Shown here piece by piece: positions 1-9,767 of a stretch of 64,000 bases of DNA. A program made the position numbers and the translations under genes. The notes under the pieces were generated by a model. That model made no database searches and was not told where the DNA came from. It saw only the letters and a program-made list of their open reading frames with translations. Position 1 is the first letter of the stretch, and each line of letters starts with the position of its first letter. Source of the DNA: Spirochaetia bacterium (GTDB lineage Bacteria > Spirochaetota > Spirochaetia > DSM-2461); contig OY764216.1 in the NCBI GenBank assembly GCA_963668315.1, positions 1,920,001 through 1,984,000 of the forward strand, given 5' to 3'.

Positions 1-273
1 GAGGATGAACTCGGCCGGGTAAGGGTAAAACTGGCCGGACGGATTAATCAGAAGGACGAACTGGTCATTCAGGGAGAAGAGGACCGCAGCCAGGTCCGCA
101 ACCGGACCATTGTCCGGGAGAGAATCCTGAATCTGTTGACAGAGTCGGCCCGGAGTCCGAAAAAAAGAAGGCCCACCCGTCCGGGAAGGGCCGCCCGGGA
201 GGAAAGACTCTCCCGTAAAAAACGGCAGAAGGAGAAAAAATCCCTCCGCCGTTCCGTTTCCTTTGACGATTAG
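1..273 (+). CDS. arfB: Alternative ribosome-rescue factor B (peptidyl-tRNA hydrolase), 3' part; 5' end lies outside the window
   Basis: Frame 1 translates to ...[22 protein letters not shown]...[32 protein letters not shown], ending at TAG 271-273. The RSQxxN motif and basic PKxRxxTxP tail are typical of ArfB/YaeJ. Not in the ORF track because it is truncated. Confidence 0.85.
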   Translation, partial: EDELGRVRVKLAGRINQKDELVIQGEEDRSQVRNRTIVRERILNLLTESARSPKKRRPTRPGRAAREERLSRKKRQKEKKSLRRSVSFDD

Positions 274-2456
274 GAGGCTTCTTCCGGTTCCTCCCACTCT
301 TCCGCTTCGACCACGCCCTCGGTTAATTCCATCTCTTCCGGACTGTCCTGTGCCTCGAAATGAAAGTAACCCGCTTCCTTTTTAACGGAAGATATCCGGG
401 TTTTGTTGCTAACCGTCAGTTCCGAAACGGCATTAACGGCACTGCTTATCTCTTCAATTCCCGTCCCTATCTCATGAATCGCCATGGAAACATCTTCGGA
501 AATCCTGGACAGCTCTTCCACGGTGGTCCGGATATCGCCGTTAGCCCGGGTCATTTCGCGGGAACCGTCGGTCACTTCGCTCCCCGACGATTTCAATTCT
601 CCCAGGACATTCAGGATCTGGGTACTGCCCGTCACCTGTTCCTCTATGGATGTCTGAATAATACCGGTTATATGTCCCATCGATTCAATCTGACCGTGAA
701 TCGTATCAAATGATAGACCGGTACGGGCCGTTTCTTCCGATATGTTGAGTATCTGAGAGTTGATTTCGCTGATGCTTTTCTTAACCTGGGCGGACTGACC
801 TGTGGATTGTTCCGCCAGTTTTCTTATTTCATCGGCCACGACGGCGAAGCCCCTTCCCGCATCCCCCGCGTGGGCCGCCTCAATAGCGGCATTCATTGCC
901 AGGAGATTTGTCCGTGCGGCTATTCCCGATATCAGGGCATTGGCCTCTTCGAGGGATTTTGATTTCTCCCGGATCTCACGGGTCAGCAGAGAGACGTTCT
1001 TCAAATTATCCCGTCCCTTCCGGGAGGAATCGAGGAGGGTTGACATGAGGTTTTCCGCTTCTTCCATTGATCCGGCAACGCTCTTGATCTGGGCTATCAG
1101 CTCCTCAACGGCGGTGGAACCCTGCAGAATATTTCCGTTCTGGTTCTCAATGGCCGAATCGAGCAGGCTGATGTTCCGGGATATATCGTCGACCCGGGAC
1201 ACCGTGTTGCCCACGCTTTTTTCCTGAAGCTTAATTCTGCCCAGCGAATTATTCACGTTATTGCGTATCTGAAGAACCGCAGCGGCGGTCTCCTCCATAT
1301 TGGCGGATAAATCTGAGCCGACATTCTCCAGTTCGGCCATACTGCCGGCCAGGTGACTGAAAAAACCGGCCAGCGTCTCCATAAGACCGTTGAAATAGGT
1401 AATCATGCCGGTTATTTCATCCCGGCCTTCGCCTTTTCCCCTCTGGGTCAGATCTCCCTGGGATGCGGAGAAAAAGATTTTTTCTATGGCGGTAAGCCGC
1501 CGGACAAGCCGGTTTCTTACATAGAAATAAATCATAAGCCACACCAGCAGGACCAGGAGAGCACTGGAGGAGAACATAATTAACTTGAAACGGTCGGCGG
1601 CCCGGAATGCCTCCCTGTTTTCAATGGCAAAACAGACCGTCCAGTCCAGGCTGAATATTTTAACAAAGTATCCCTGCATGGTCCTGCCGTCCCTGGTATA
1701 GGAGGCTATTTTCGTCTGGAGGGAGGTATCCGCAAGCGTTCTGAACAGGGGATCAAGGTCCCCCGCATTCCTGTTTACCAGATCATCCCGTGTATGGACG
1801 AGAATCCGGCCGTCCTTTTCAAGAAGGAAAGCTTCACCGGTCTGACCCAGTTTCTTACTCAGAATACTTTTATGTCCCAGGATTTTCAGGTCGAGGACCG
1901 CGGCAAGCAGACCGGTTTTACTCTCCCCATCGCTTATGACAGCCCCATGGATAATATAGGGATGACCTGTTCTGGGGGATATCTGTGCTTCTTCGGTGGT
2001 ATAAACACTCTCTTCTCCCTTCATAAGGGTTTGAAAGAGATCGTTGTCCGACAGGTCCCTGCCTACGAGCGAATCGTCCGAAGAGGCTGTTACTATGCCG
2101 TCGGAGTTGAGGAGATAGGCCGATTCGATAAAGGTGCTGCCCGTGACAATATCTTCCAGAATGGAATCGGAGAACGGCTGATTCTCTTTCCAGGAATCGC
2201 CGACGGCCGAGAGGGCCAGGGCGTACCCTTCGAGAATCCGTTCGTTTGATGTAATCTCAGCCTGCAGCGATTCCGCAATGGACTGGGTCAGTTTGAGAAA
2301 GTTATTTTTCTGCATCGTGCCGATTTCACCGGCCATGTGGCGTGACAGGAAAATATTCAGAGGAATCAGGCAGGCAAGAAGAATCAGCAATAAAAGCAGA
2401 ATAAGGGGTACGGCGAAAGAAATCCTGCCCCCGCGGGGGGAGTTATTTTTAGACAT
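270..2456 (-). CDS. Methyl-accepting chemotaxis protein (TM, Cache-type sensor, TM, HAMP, MCP signal domain)
   Basis: Signalling hairpin [34 protein letters not shown] and two TM segments. Start moved to ATG 2456 (MSKNN) because a GAGGT SD lies upstream. Confidence 0.93.
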   Translation of the reverse strand: MSKNNSPRGGRISFAVPLILLLLLILLACLIPLNIFLSRHMAGEIGTMQKNNFLKLTQSIAESLQAEITSNERILEGYALALSAVGDSWKENQPFSDSILEDIVTGSTFIESAYLLNSDGIVTASSDDSLVGRDLSDNDLFQTLMKGEESVYTTEEAQISPRTGHPYIIHGAVISDGESKTGLLAAVLDLKILGHKSILSKKLGQTGEAFLLEKDGRILVHTRDDLVNRNAGDLDPLFRTLADTSLQTKIASYTRDGRTMQGYFVKIFSLDWTVCFAIENREAFRAADRFKLIMFSSSALLVLLVWLMIYFYVRNRLVRRLTAIEKIFFSASQGDLTQRGKGEGRDEITGMITYFNGLMETLAGFFSHLAGSMAELENVGSDLSANMEETAAAVLQIRNNVNNSLGRIKLQEKSVGNTVSRVDDISRNISLLDSAIENQNGNILQGSTAVEELIAQIKSVAGSMEEAENLMSTLLDSSRKGRDNLKNVSLLTREIREKSKSLEEANALISGIAARTNLLAMNAAIEAAHAGDAGRGFAVVADEIRKLAEQSTGQSAQVKKSISEINSQILNISEETARTGLSFDTIHGQIESMGHITGIIQTSIEEQVTGSTQILNVLGELKSSGSEVTDGSREMTRANGDIRTTVEELSRISEDVSMAIHEIGTGIEEISSAVNAVSELTVSNKTRISSVKKEAGYFHFEAQDSPEEMELTEGVVEAEEWEEPEEAS

Positions 2457-2576
2457 TATTATTACCTCGGGAAGTATGGTAATATGAAAATGCCTATCAT
2501 GCAACTAATAATTGCATATATTATTACAAATTACATTGATGTGATAAATACACTATTGTAGTTCTATAACTTTCCT

Positions 2577-3047
2577 CTATAGATCTTTCAGTATCTCCCA
2601 AACCTTCGGAACCGTATCCTTGGGGGAGATCTTATACCAGGTACCTGCCAGCTTTCCCCCGGCGTCTATCAGAAAGGCCGATCTGATAATACCCATGTAG
2701 GATTTTCCGTACATTTTTTTCTCCCCCCAGACACCGTATGCCCGGGCCATTTCCATCTCCGTATCACAGAGAAGGGGAAAAGAGAGCTGATGGTTCACAT
2801 CAAATTTTTTCTGGGCTTTTTCATCATCGGGACTGACACCCAGAACCGCGCAATCCAGAGAATCCCATTGCTCCCGGGCATCCCGGACATTACAGCTTTG
2901 CGTCGTACATCCCGGAGTCGAGGCTTTGGGATAGAAATATATCATCAGCGGCTTGCCGGTATAATCGGAAAGGCTGTGCATTTTGCCGTCCTGATCGGTC
3001 AAAGAAAAGTCCGGAGCCCTGTCGCCTGTTCTTAATTGTTCATCCAT
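2577..3047 (-). CDS. bcp: Thioredoxin-dependent thiol peroxidase (Bcp/PrxQ)
   Basis: APDFSL...YFYPKASTPGCTTQSC (PxxxTxxC followed by CxxxxC) and GIIRSAFLID. Confidence 0.93.
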   Translation of the reverse strand: MDEQLRTGDRAPDFSLTDQDGKMHSLSDYTGKPLMIYFYPKASTPGCTTQSCNVRDAREQWDSLDCAVLGVSPDDEKAQKKFDVNHQLSFPLLCDTEMEMARAYGVWGEKKMYGKSYMGIIRSAFLIDAGGKLAGTWYKISPKDTVPKVWEILKDL

Positions 3048-3197
3048 ACTGTCACTCCTCTATATAAGCAAAGTAAGGGAGAATATCGGGGGAGTCAAGA
3101 AAAACAGTACAATATATTCGAAATAGGGTATATTTGGATAGGTACAAGACTTGTAATTTCCTTCACTGCTGGTAATAATGAAAAAAAAGAGGACAAA

Positions 3198-5273
3198 ATG
3201 AAAATTAAAAATCGCATCGCCCTGCTGTTGATGATAACCGTTCTTTTCGGCTCTATCATCTCCTCATCCCTTACCGTATACGAAGCCCGCAAAGAAAGAA
3301 TACACAATTTCCACGAGCAGTTTTCCTCCATAGCCGAAGCATCAAAAACAGAATTCCAGACACAAATGGCCCGGGGGATCGAAGCGGCTCTGATCTTTTC
3401 CCGGAATCCCGCCGTTACCGCGTGGATGGGGGGGGCTGATAATCCCCTCTACAGGGAACTGAGCCTCCAGTCCCTTGAATCTCTTCAGAAGGACAGAGGG
3501 TATAACGTGGCCTTTACCTTGAGAGCCGACGGGGCCGAACTTTATCAGGGTGACAAATTCGTCACCTCTCTGGATTCCGGGAGCCCTGTGGATCAGTGGC
3601 TTTTCCGGCTTATGGAAGGGGAGACTCAGATCAATCTGCAGCAGAACACCATTGAGGCCCTGGGAAAAAACATGTTCTGGGTCACATCCCTCATTTTTTC
3701 CGAAGAGGGGGCTCCCCTCGGCCTGGTCGGGCTGGGTTACAATATAGACGCTTCCGTGGCAGCGCTGCTGCAGCATATTCCCGGAGAAGGGGGGATCATT
3801 CTTCTCGTCGATGAGGAGGGAATTGTCCAGTTCTCCTCCCGCAAGGATTTTATCGGGCTTCCCTTCGCCGGTTTGTTTCCCCATAGGGAGCCGGTAGAGG
3901 GTTTCAAGCGACTGGAAGCATTTACCTTTGAAAACAGTAAAACCGTGATGACAAGGGAATCTATCAAAAGCACCCGGCTCCAGCTTTACCTGACGGCCCG
4001 TTATGAAGACTATATCCCCGCCTTTTTTCAGCTGGGAGGCCGTGCCCTGATTATAGCGGCCGTCTACGGTCTTCTCTCCTTCATCGTCTCAATGAGAATT
4101 CTGAGGCACTCCCTCTCCTCCCTCAACTCTCTCGGTTCTATTATGGAGGAGCTCGCCGAAGGAGAAGGAGACCTGACGGCCAGTCTGCCTGTCAGCGAAG
4201 ATGAGATCGGCCAGGTCTCCTACTGCTTTAATCAGTTTATAGAAACCCTGCGATCATTGATCCGCGACGTAAAGGGAAATGTGAAGAACAGCCTGATCCT
4301 TTCGGAAATCCTGAATGAATCCAGCTCAAAGACATCCCGGTCGGCCGGGGAGATCGCCGAATCCATGGAGTATCTAACAGGCCGGTTCGGAGAACTGGAC
4401 AATACCATGTCAAAATCCTTCGATTCCCTCAGAGGCTTATCCGGGCAGGTGGATATTTTCGACGGACAGATCGAGGAACAGGCGGCCATGGTGGAGGAAA
4501 CGACTGCGGCGGTTACCGAAATGAAGGCCTCCCTGGCCAAGGTCGCCGAAATCAGCCGCAAGAAACAGCTTGTGGTTGAGGGGCTTAAAGGATCGGCCCG
4601 GGCGGGGATTGATCTTTTGAGCGATATGTCGGGGGAATTTCAGGAACAGGTTTCTTCCCGGATGGATGATGTTATGGCCATGAATAAAGTGGTGGCCTCC
4701 GTCGCGGCACAGACGAATCTGCTGGCCATGAACGCCGCAATCGAGGCGGCCCATGCCGGGGACGCGGGCAGGGGATTTTCGGTCGTTGCCGACGAAATCA
4801 GAAAACTGGCCGAAACGGCTTCGTCCAGTGCCAAGGAGATTGACGGCATTCTGAAAATGGTCCGCAAGGGAGTGGAAAATACCGCCAGGAAATCGGAAGA
4901 AACCGGTTTGGTTTTTCAGGAAATAGAAGGGGAAGTGGAGGATACGGTTCAGGCTTTTTCCGAAATTGCCGGCAGTACCCATGAACTGTCCATGGGGGGA
5001 GACCATGTGCTTCAGGCCTCTTCCACGCTCAGTAACTTCACCGTACAGGTGAAAGGGGCTTCCCAGGAGATGACCAGCAGCCTCCGCAGTCTGTTTGAGT
5101 CCTTTGGAATTGTCCGGGATTTTCTTATCGATATGCAGGACCGTCTGATGAAAACCGAGGGTGATACCCGGGAAATTCGGGATGCCATGAGCCGGATTTC
5201 CCGGCTGAACAGCGAGTTCCATACCGATTTCGTCAATATTTCCGAAGATACGGATAAATTTAAAATCGAGTAA
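3198..5273 (+). CDS. Methyl-accepting chemotaxis protein
   Basis: [35 protein letters not shown], a HAMP region (GEGDLT...DEIG) and an N-terminal TM. Start at ATG 3198 (MKIKNR) after GAGG. Confidence 0.92.
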   Translation: MKIKNRIALLLMITVLFGSIISSSLTVYEARKERIHNFHEQFSSIAEASKTEFQTQMARGIEAALIFSRNPAVTAWMGGADNPLYRELSLQSLESLQKDRGYNVAFTLRADGAELYQGDKFVTSLDSGSPVDQWLFRLMEGETQINLQQNTIEALGKNMFWVTSLIFSEEGAPLGLVGLGYNIDASVAALLQHIPGEGGIILLVDEEGIVQFSSRKDFIGLPFAGLFPHREPVEGFKRLEAFTFENSKTVMTRESIKSTRLQLYLTARYEDYIPAFFQLGGRALIIAAVYGLLSFIVSMRILRHSLSSLNSLGSIMEELAEGEGDLTASLPVSEDEIGQVSYCFNQFIETLRSLIRDVKGNVKNSLILSEILNESSSKTSRSAGEIAESMEYLTGRFGELDNTMSKSFDSLRGLSGQVDIFDGQIEEQAAMVEETTAAVTEMKASLAKVAEISRKKQLVVEGLKGSARAGIDLLSDMSGEFQEQVSSRMDDVMAMNKVVASVAAQTNLLAMNAAIEAAHAGDAGRGFSVVADEIRKLAETASSSAKEIDGILKMVRKGVENTARKSEETGLVFQEIEGEVEDTVQAFSEIAGSTHELSMGGDHVLQASSTLSNFTVQVKGASQEMTSSLRSLFESFGIVRDFLIDMQDRLMKTEGDTREIRDAMSRISRLNSEFHTDFVNISEDTDKFKIE

Positions 5274-5335
5274 AATGTAAAACCTATTAGCCTGTTCTCT
5301 TTTTATTGCTTATATTAGAAATAAAGGAGATAGAG

Positions 5336-6142
5336 ATGAATAAGTTACTTTTATTGACCTTACTCGTTGTTTTTCTCCCCCCCCTGGCGGGAGAGGAGAA
5401 TTTATCCCTGGATCTGACCCTGGAGACCGGATTCCTTGCCGTTGCCTCCCACGAAATCCAGTCGGGGACAGATAGCGACAGGGGTGATGTGTTCGATTAT
5501 AAATCTCAGGGAAATCAGGATATCCTCTTTCCCTTCTACAGGATGCAGGCAGACCTGTCGGTAAAAAGGCACAGCTTCCTTCTGCTCTACCAGCCGCTGA
5601 CGCTCACAACCACGGCCCCCATAAGAGAGGATTTTCGTTATGACCAGATCGATTTCACCACGGCCGACGGTTTTCTCTCCCTGGTTTACGCCTTTGACTT
5701 CTGGCGTTTTTCCTACCTCTATGAACTGATTCCCCCGCCGGCCTACTATCTGGAGCTGGGAGGCTCCCTACAGATCCGCAATGCTTCCATCGTCTTTGAA
5801 ACCTCGGAGAACGGAAAGGGAACGGTTTCCGATAACATAGGACCGGTGCCCATCGTTAAAGTGAAGACCGGTTACGAATGGCCAGCGGGGTATTACGCCG
5901 AGTTTGAAGGGGACGGATTCTACGCCACCAACCGGATTTTCAACGGGGCGGACTATCCCTTTACCGGCTATATCTACGATCTCTCATTAAGGGGCGGATA
6001 CCGGTTCCGGGAGGATATCCGGGTTTACCTTAACGGCCGTTTTCTGGGGGGCGGGGCCGAAGGGACCAACGATTCCGGGGAATATACCTATAACGATCTT
6101 CACACGTTCAGCCTGACCCTGGGGGGCGTCTGGTCTCTATAG
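5336..6142 (+). CDS. Exported protein, probable outer-membrane beta-barrel
   Basis: AAGGAG SD, signal peptide MNKLLLLTLLVVFLPPLAG, alternating Gly/aromatic-rich strands and C-terminus FSLTLGGVWSL. Confidence 0.6.
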   Translation: MNKLLLLTLLVVFLPPLAGEENLSLDLTLETGFLAVASHEIQSGTDSDRGDVFDYKSQGNQDILFPFYRMQADLSVKRHSFLLLYQPLTLTTTAPIREDFRYDQIDFTTADGFLSLVYAFDFWRFSYLYELIPPPAYYLELGGSLQIRNASIVFETSENGKGTVSDNIGPVPIVKVKTGYEWPAGYYAEFEGDGFYATNRIFNGADYPFTGYIYDLSLRGGYRFREDIRVYLNGRFLGGGAEGTNDSGEYTYNDLHTFSLTLGGVWSL

Positions 6143-6168
6143 GGTCCGATAACCCCGTGTGAGGAGAT

Positions 6169-6201
6169 AAAAAAAGGATGATCCCCCGAAGGAGATCATC
6201 C
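6169..6201 (-). terminator. Intrinsic terminator of the oad operon (possibly bidirectional)
   Basis: Stem GGATGATC...GATCATCC preceded by an A7 run (a U-tract on the minus strand), between convergent genes. Confidence 0.75.
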
Positions 6202-6236
6202 CGTTCATTCAAAGAAAATGTACTTGGTGCCTGTAA

Positions 6237-7475
6237 TTAGGCGCCGAATACGGGAACCAGGGCCAGAAGTACACCGGCGGCTACGGCAGAACCGATAACA
6301 CCGGCCACGTTCGGTCCCATGGCGTGCATGAGAAGGAAGTTCTCATGGTCATACTCCAGACCGACCTTGTTGGAAACACGGGCGGCCATGGGCACGGCGG
6401 AAACACCGGCGGAACCGATCAGGGGGTTGATGGGGGTCTTGCTCAGTTTGTTCATCAGCTTGGCGAGAAGAACACCCATGGTGGTACCGATGGCGAAGGC
6501 TATGAGACCCAGGGCCAGAATACCCAGAGTGGTGACATTCAGGAACTTGGCCGCTTCCATCTTGGAGCCTACGGAGAGGCCGAGCATGATGGTGACAATG
6601 TTCATGAGGGCGTTTTCCATGGTGTTGGAAAGCCTGTCCACAACGCCGGACTGCTTACACAGGTTTCCGAACATCAGGGCTCCCAGAAGGGGAGTGGCGC
6701 TGGGCAGAAGAAGGATACACAGAAACAGTACGGCGATGGGGAAAACGATTTTTTCCATCTTCGTAACGTGTCTCAGCTGTTCCATTTTAATCTTTCTTTC
6801 GTTCTCAGTCGTCAAAGCCTTCATGATGGGGGGCTGGATAATGGGAACGAGGGCCATGTAGGAGTACGCGGCAACGGCGATGGCGCCCAGGTAGTTGGGA
6901 GCCAGACGGCTGGTTACGTAAATCGCCGTAGGACCGTCCGCACCGCCGATGATACCGATGGAACCGGCTACGTGGAGGATGGACTTGGCCATACCGCCCT
7001 CAACAAAGCTGAACCCGGGAATCATTTCCAGGGCGATCGTACCGAGCAGAGCGATAAAAATACCGAACTGAGCGGCGGCGCCGAGGAGCAGAGTCTTGGG
7101 GTTGGCCAGGAGGGGACCGAAGTCGGTCATGGCGCCTACACCCATGAAGATAATCAGCGGGAAAAGACCCGAAGATACACCAAAGTCATAGAACATTCCG
7201 ATAAAACCGCCGGAAACTTCATGCAGATGAAAGGCATGGCCCGCCATTTCACCGGTCAGGGTGGTATGGGCGGCGATTTCCGCGAAGGGAATATTACTTA
7301 ATATACATCCAAATCCGATGGGAACGAGGAGCAGGGGCTCGAATTCCTTGTTGATCGCCAGGTACAGCAGAAGCAGACCGACAATGATCATGACAAAGTT
7401 TCCCCATCCTCCGGGCAGGAAAAAACCGTAAAGCCCGGTGGAGCGCCATAGTTCCATTAAAGAATCACTTAACAT
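6237..7475 (-). CDS. oadB: Na+-translocating decarboxylase beta subunit
   Basis: [66 protein letters not shown]. Confidence 0.95.
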   Translation of the reverse strand: MLSDSLMELWRSTGLYGFFLPGGWGNFVMIIVGLLLLYLAINKEFEPLLLVPIGFGCILSNIPFAEIAAHTTLTGEMAGHAFHLHEVSGGFIGMFYDFGVSSGLFPLIIFMGVGAMTDFGPLLANPKTLLLGAAAQFGIFIALLGTIALEMIPGFSFVEGGMAKSILHVAGSIGIIGGADGPTAIYVTSRLAPNYLGAIAVAAYSYMALVPIIQPPIMKALTTENERKIKMEQLRHVTKMEKIVFPIAVLFLCILLLPSATPLLGALMFGNLCKQSGVVDRLSNTMENALMNIVTIMLGLSVGSKMEAAKFLNVTTLGILALGLIAFAIGTTMGVLLAKLMNKLSKTPINPLIGSAGVSAVPMAARVSNKVGLEYDHENFLLMHAMGPNVAGVIGSAVAAGVLLALVPVFGA

Positions 7476-7524
7476 TTAATTACTCTCCTTAGGGTGCCCC
7501 GCTTTGGCGGCGGGACACATGGGC

Positions 7525-9327
7525 TTAACCGATTTCAGCCAGAACCTGACCGGCCTTGACCTGGTCACCCTGGTTGACGTTAATCGATTTGACAACACCG
7601 GAGCAGGAAGCCTTAACGGGCTGCTCCATCTTCATGGCCTCGAGAATGATGATTTCATCGCCCTCTTCAACGGCATCGCCTTCGGCTACGGGCAGTCTGA
7701 GTACCAGACCGGGCATGGGAGCCTTGACGGGCTTGCCTTCGCCGCCGGCGGAGGAAGCGGAAGAGGCGCTTTCGTCGATACCTTCGGTAACGTCGATGTC
7801 GTAGGTCTTGCCGTTGACGACAGCCTTGCTGCCTTCAATCTTGACGCCGTACTTCTTGCCGTTAACGGAAACGGTGTAACCGCCCTCGGCTTCGCCTTCA
7901 GAAGCGGCGGCGCTCTTGGCACCCTTTCTTACGCCGTTAACCTTGGCTTCGCCCTTGAGGAACATGATTCCCTTGTCCAGACAGGCGGCGGCGATGAAAA
8001 TGTTCTCGTCGGACATATCGGTAATCCCATTGTCCTTGAGCATTTTCTTGGCCGCTTCAATACCCAGATCGGGATTTCTGTCATTAATATCAACAACCAG
8101 CTCTGTGGTGGGCTCGAGACCCATCTTCTCCTGGCAGAGTTTTTTGATTTCCGGATCGGGCTCAACGGGAGTCTTGCCGAAGTAACCGAGAACCATTTTT
8201 CCGTAACCGTCGGCGATCTTTTCCCAGGGTCCGAACATGACGTTGTTGAAAGCCTGCTGGAAGTAGAACTGGGAAACGGGAGTAACGGAAGTACCGTAAC
8301 CGCCCTTCATGACAACTTCGCCCATGGCTTTGGTGATCTCATGATACTTGTCCATCAGACCGTTGTCTCTCAGCATCTGGGTATTGGCCGTCAGAGCTCC
8401 GCCGGGGAGGGGAGAGAAGGGGATGATGGGGTTGACCTGAGTGGCTTCGGGGGGCAGCATGTAATCGGCCATGCACTCCTTGAAAACCTCTTCGGCCTCC
8501 ATGACCTTGTCGGGATCGATTCCCAGATCGTAGTCGGTGCCTCTCAGGGCGTGCCACATGGTCATGATATCGGGCTGACAGGTACCGCCGGAAGCGGGAA
8601 CCATGGAAAGGTCAACCTGGGTGGCGCCCGCTTCGATGGCGGACATGTACTGCTGGATGGAAACACCGGCGGTCTCATGGCTGTGGAAAACGATATTCAT
8701 ATCGGGACCGAGAAGTTTTCTGGCCCTTTTGATGGTTTCGTATACGACGGCGGGGGTGGAAGTCCCGGAGGCGTCTTTGAAACAGACGGAGTCATAGGGG
8801 ATGCCTGCGTCGAGGATCTTTTTCAGAACCCCTTCGTAGAAATCGGGATCATGGGCGCCGGAGGCACCGGGAGGAAGGGCCATCATGGTAACGACGACTT
8901 CGTGCTTGAGGCCGGCGTCGTGGATGCACTGACCGGAGTAGATCAGGTTGTTGACGTCGTTCAGGGCGTCAAAGTTTCTGATAGTGGTCATACCGTGTTT
9001 TTTGAACATTTTGGCGTGAAGATCGATGATGTCCCTGGACTGGGAGGAAAGGCCTACCACGTTAACGCCTCTGGCGAGGGTCTGCAGGTTGGCATCGGGA
9101 CCGGCGGCCTTTCTGAAGTCGTCCATCATATCGAAGGCGCTCTGGTTGCAGTAGAAAATGGGAGCCTGGAAACGGGCACCGCCGCCGGCTTCGAAGTGAT
9201 TGATTCCTGCCTTGGCGGCCGCTTCAACGGCGGGCATGAAATCCTCGGTTAATACTCTGGCTCCGTAAACGGACTGGAATCCGTCGCGGAAAGCGGTACA
9301 CATAAAATTGATTTTCTTCTTGCTCAT
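7525..9327 (-). CDS. oadA: Oxaloacetate decarboxylase alpha subunit (carboxyltransferase plus biotin carrier)
   Basis: FRDGFQS, RNFDALND, HSH metal site and PGGAL. An Ala/Ser-rich linker leads to the biotinylation motif EAMKME. Lies between the gamma and beta subunit genes. Confidence 0.88.
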   Translation of the reverse strand: MSKKKINFMCTAFRDGFQSVYGARVLTEDFMPAVEAAAKAGINHFEAGGGARFQAPIFYCNQSAFDMMDDFRKAAGPDANLQTLARGVNVVGLSSQSRDIIDLHAKMFKKHGMTTIRNFDALNDVNNLIYSGQCIHDAGLKHEVVVTMMALPPGASGAHDPDFYEGVLKKILDAGIPYDSVCFKDASGTSTPAVVYETIKRARKLLGPDMNIVFHSHETAGVSIQQYMSAIEAGATQVDLSMVPASGGTCQPDIMTMWHALRGTDYDLGIDPDKVMEAEEVFKECMADYMLPPEATQVNPIIPFSPLPGGALTANTQMLRDNGLMDKYHEITKAMGEVVMKGGYGTSVTPVSQFYFQQAFNNVMFGPWEKIADGYGKMVLGYFGKTPVEPDPEIKKLCQEKMGLEPTTELVVDINDRNPDLGIEAAKKMLKDNGITDMSDENIFIAAACLDKGIMFLKGEAKVNGVRKGAKSAAASEGEAEGGYTVSVNGKKYGVKIEGSKAVVNGKTYDIDVTEGIDESASSASSAGGEGKPVKAPMPGLVLRLPVAEGDAVEEGDEIIILEAMKMEQPVKASCSGVVKSINVNQGDQVKAGQVLAEIG

Positions 9328-9337
9328 AATTCCCTCT

Positions 9338-9553
9338 TTAAGATTTTGTAAAAGCCTTGACGGCTGCAATGGCTACAGCAACGTCTGCATCAGCGCTTCC
9401 TGCGGTTCTTCTTACCGGTGTCTCAGGCTCTTCCGCTTCGGGGAAGAACTTTACGATTATCGCAGACATAAGTCTGGAAAAGACAACGAGAAGAGCCAGG
9501 AAACAGAACACGACCAACATTCCCACAACGGTAATGGTCAATCCAACTCCCAT
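9338..9553 (-). CDS. oadG: Na+-translocating decarboxylase gamma subunit (OadG family)
   Basis: GMLVVFCFLALLV single TM followed by VAVAIAAV. GGAG SD; first gene of the operon. Confidence 0.88.
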   Translation of the reverse strand: MGVGLTITVVGMLVVFCFLALLVVFSRLMSAIIVKFFPEAEEPETPVRRTAGSADADVAVAIAAVKAFTKS

Positions 9554-9682
9554 ATGTCACTCCTGTAATGTATTGGTTCATTAAGCAGAAATTCTTGCCT
9601 CTCTGGGGTAAATAAGCGTAAAATCCAGTTGTAACCTATTCTAACTCAGCTGAGGAGAATCCCGATCATGCACCATAATAGG

Positions 9683-9720
9683 AAAAAACCGGCCCCGTTA
9701 CAAGGGCCGGTTTCGTTTTT
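9683..9720. terminator. Terminator-like hairpin downstream of the M16 peptidase gene
   Basis: AAACCGGCCC...GGGCCGGTTT flanked by A and T runs. Confidence 0.7.
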
Positions 9721-9767
9721 CAGGATAATTTTTTACCCATTTTAGCGGGGGTGAAGAAAAAAAACAT

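Noticed and set aside
7504..9252. Long antisense ORFs (7504-9252 +, 6324-7301 +, 41590-42927 +, 53403-54962 - and others)
   Set aside because: They lie opposite well-identified genes (oadA, oadB, tig, the reductase), have no recognisable motifs and are best explained as codon-bias shadows.
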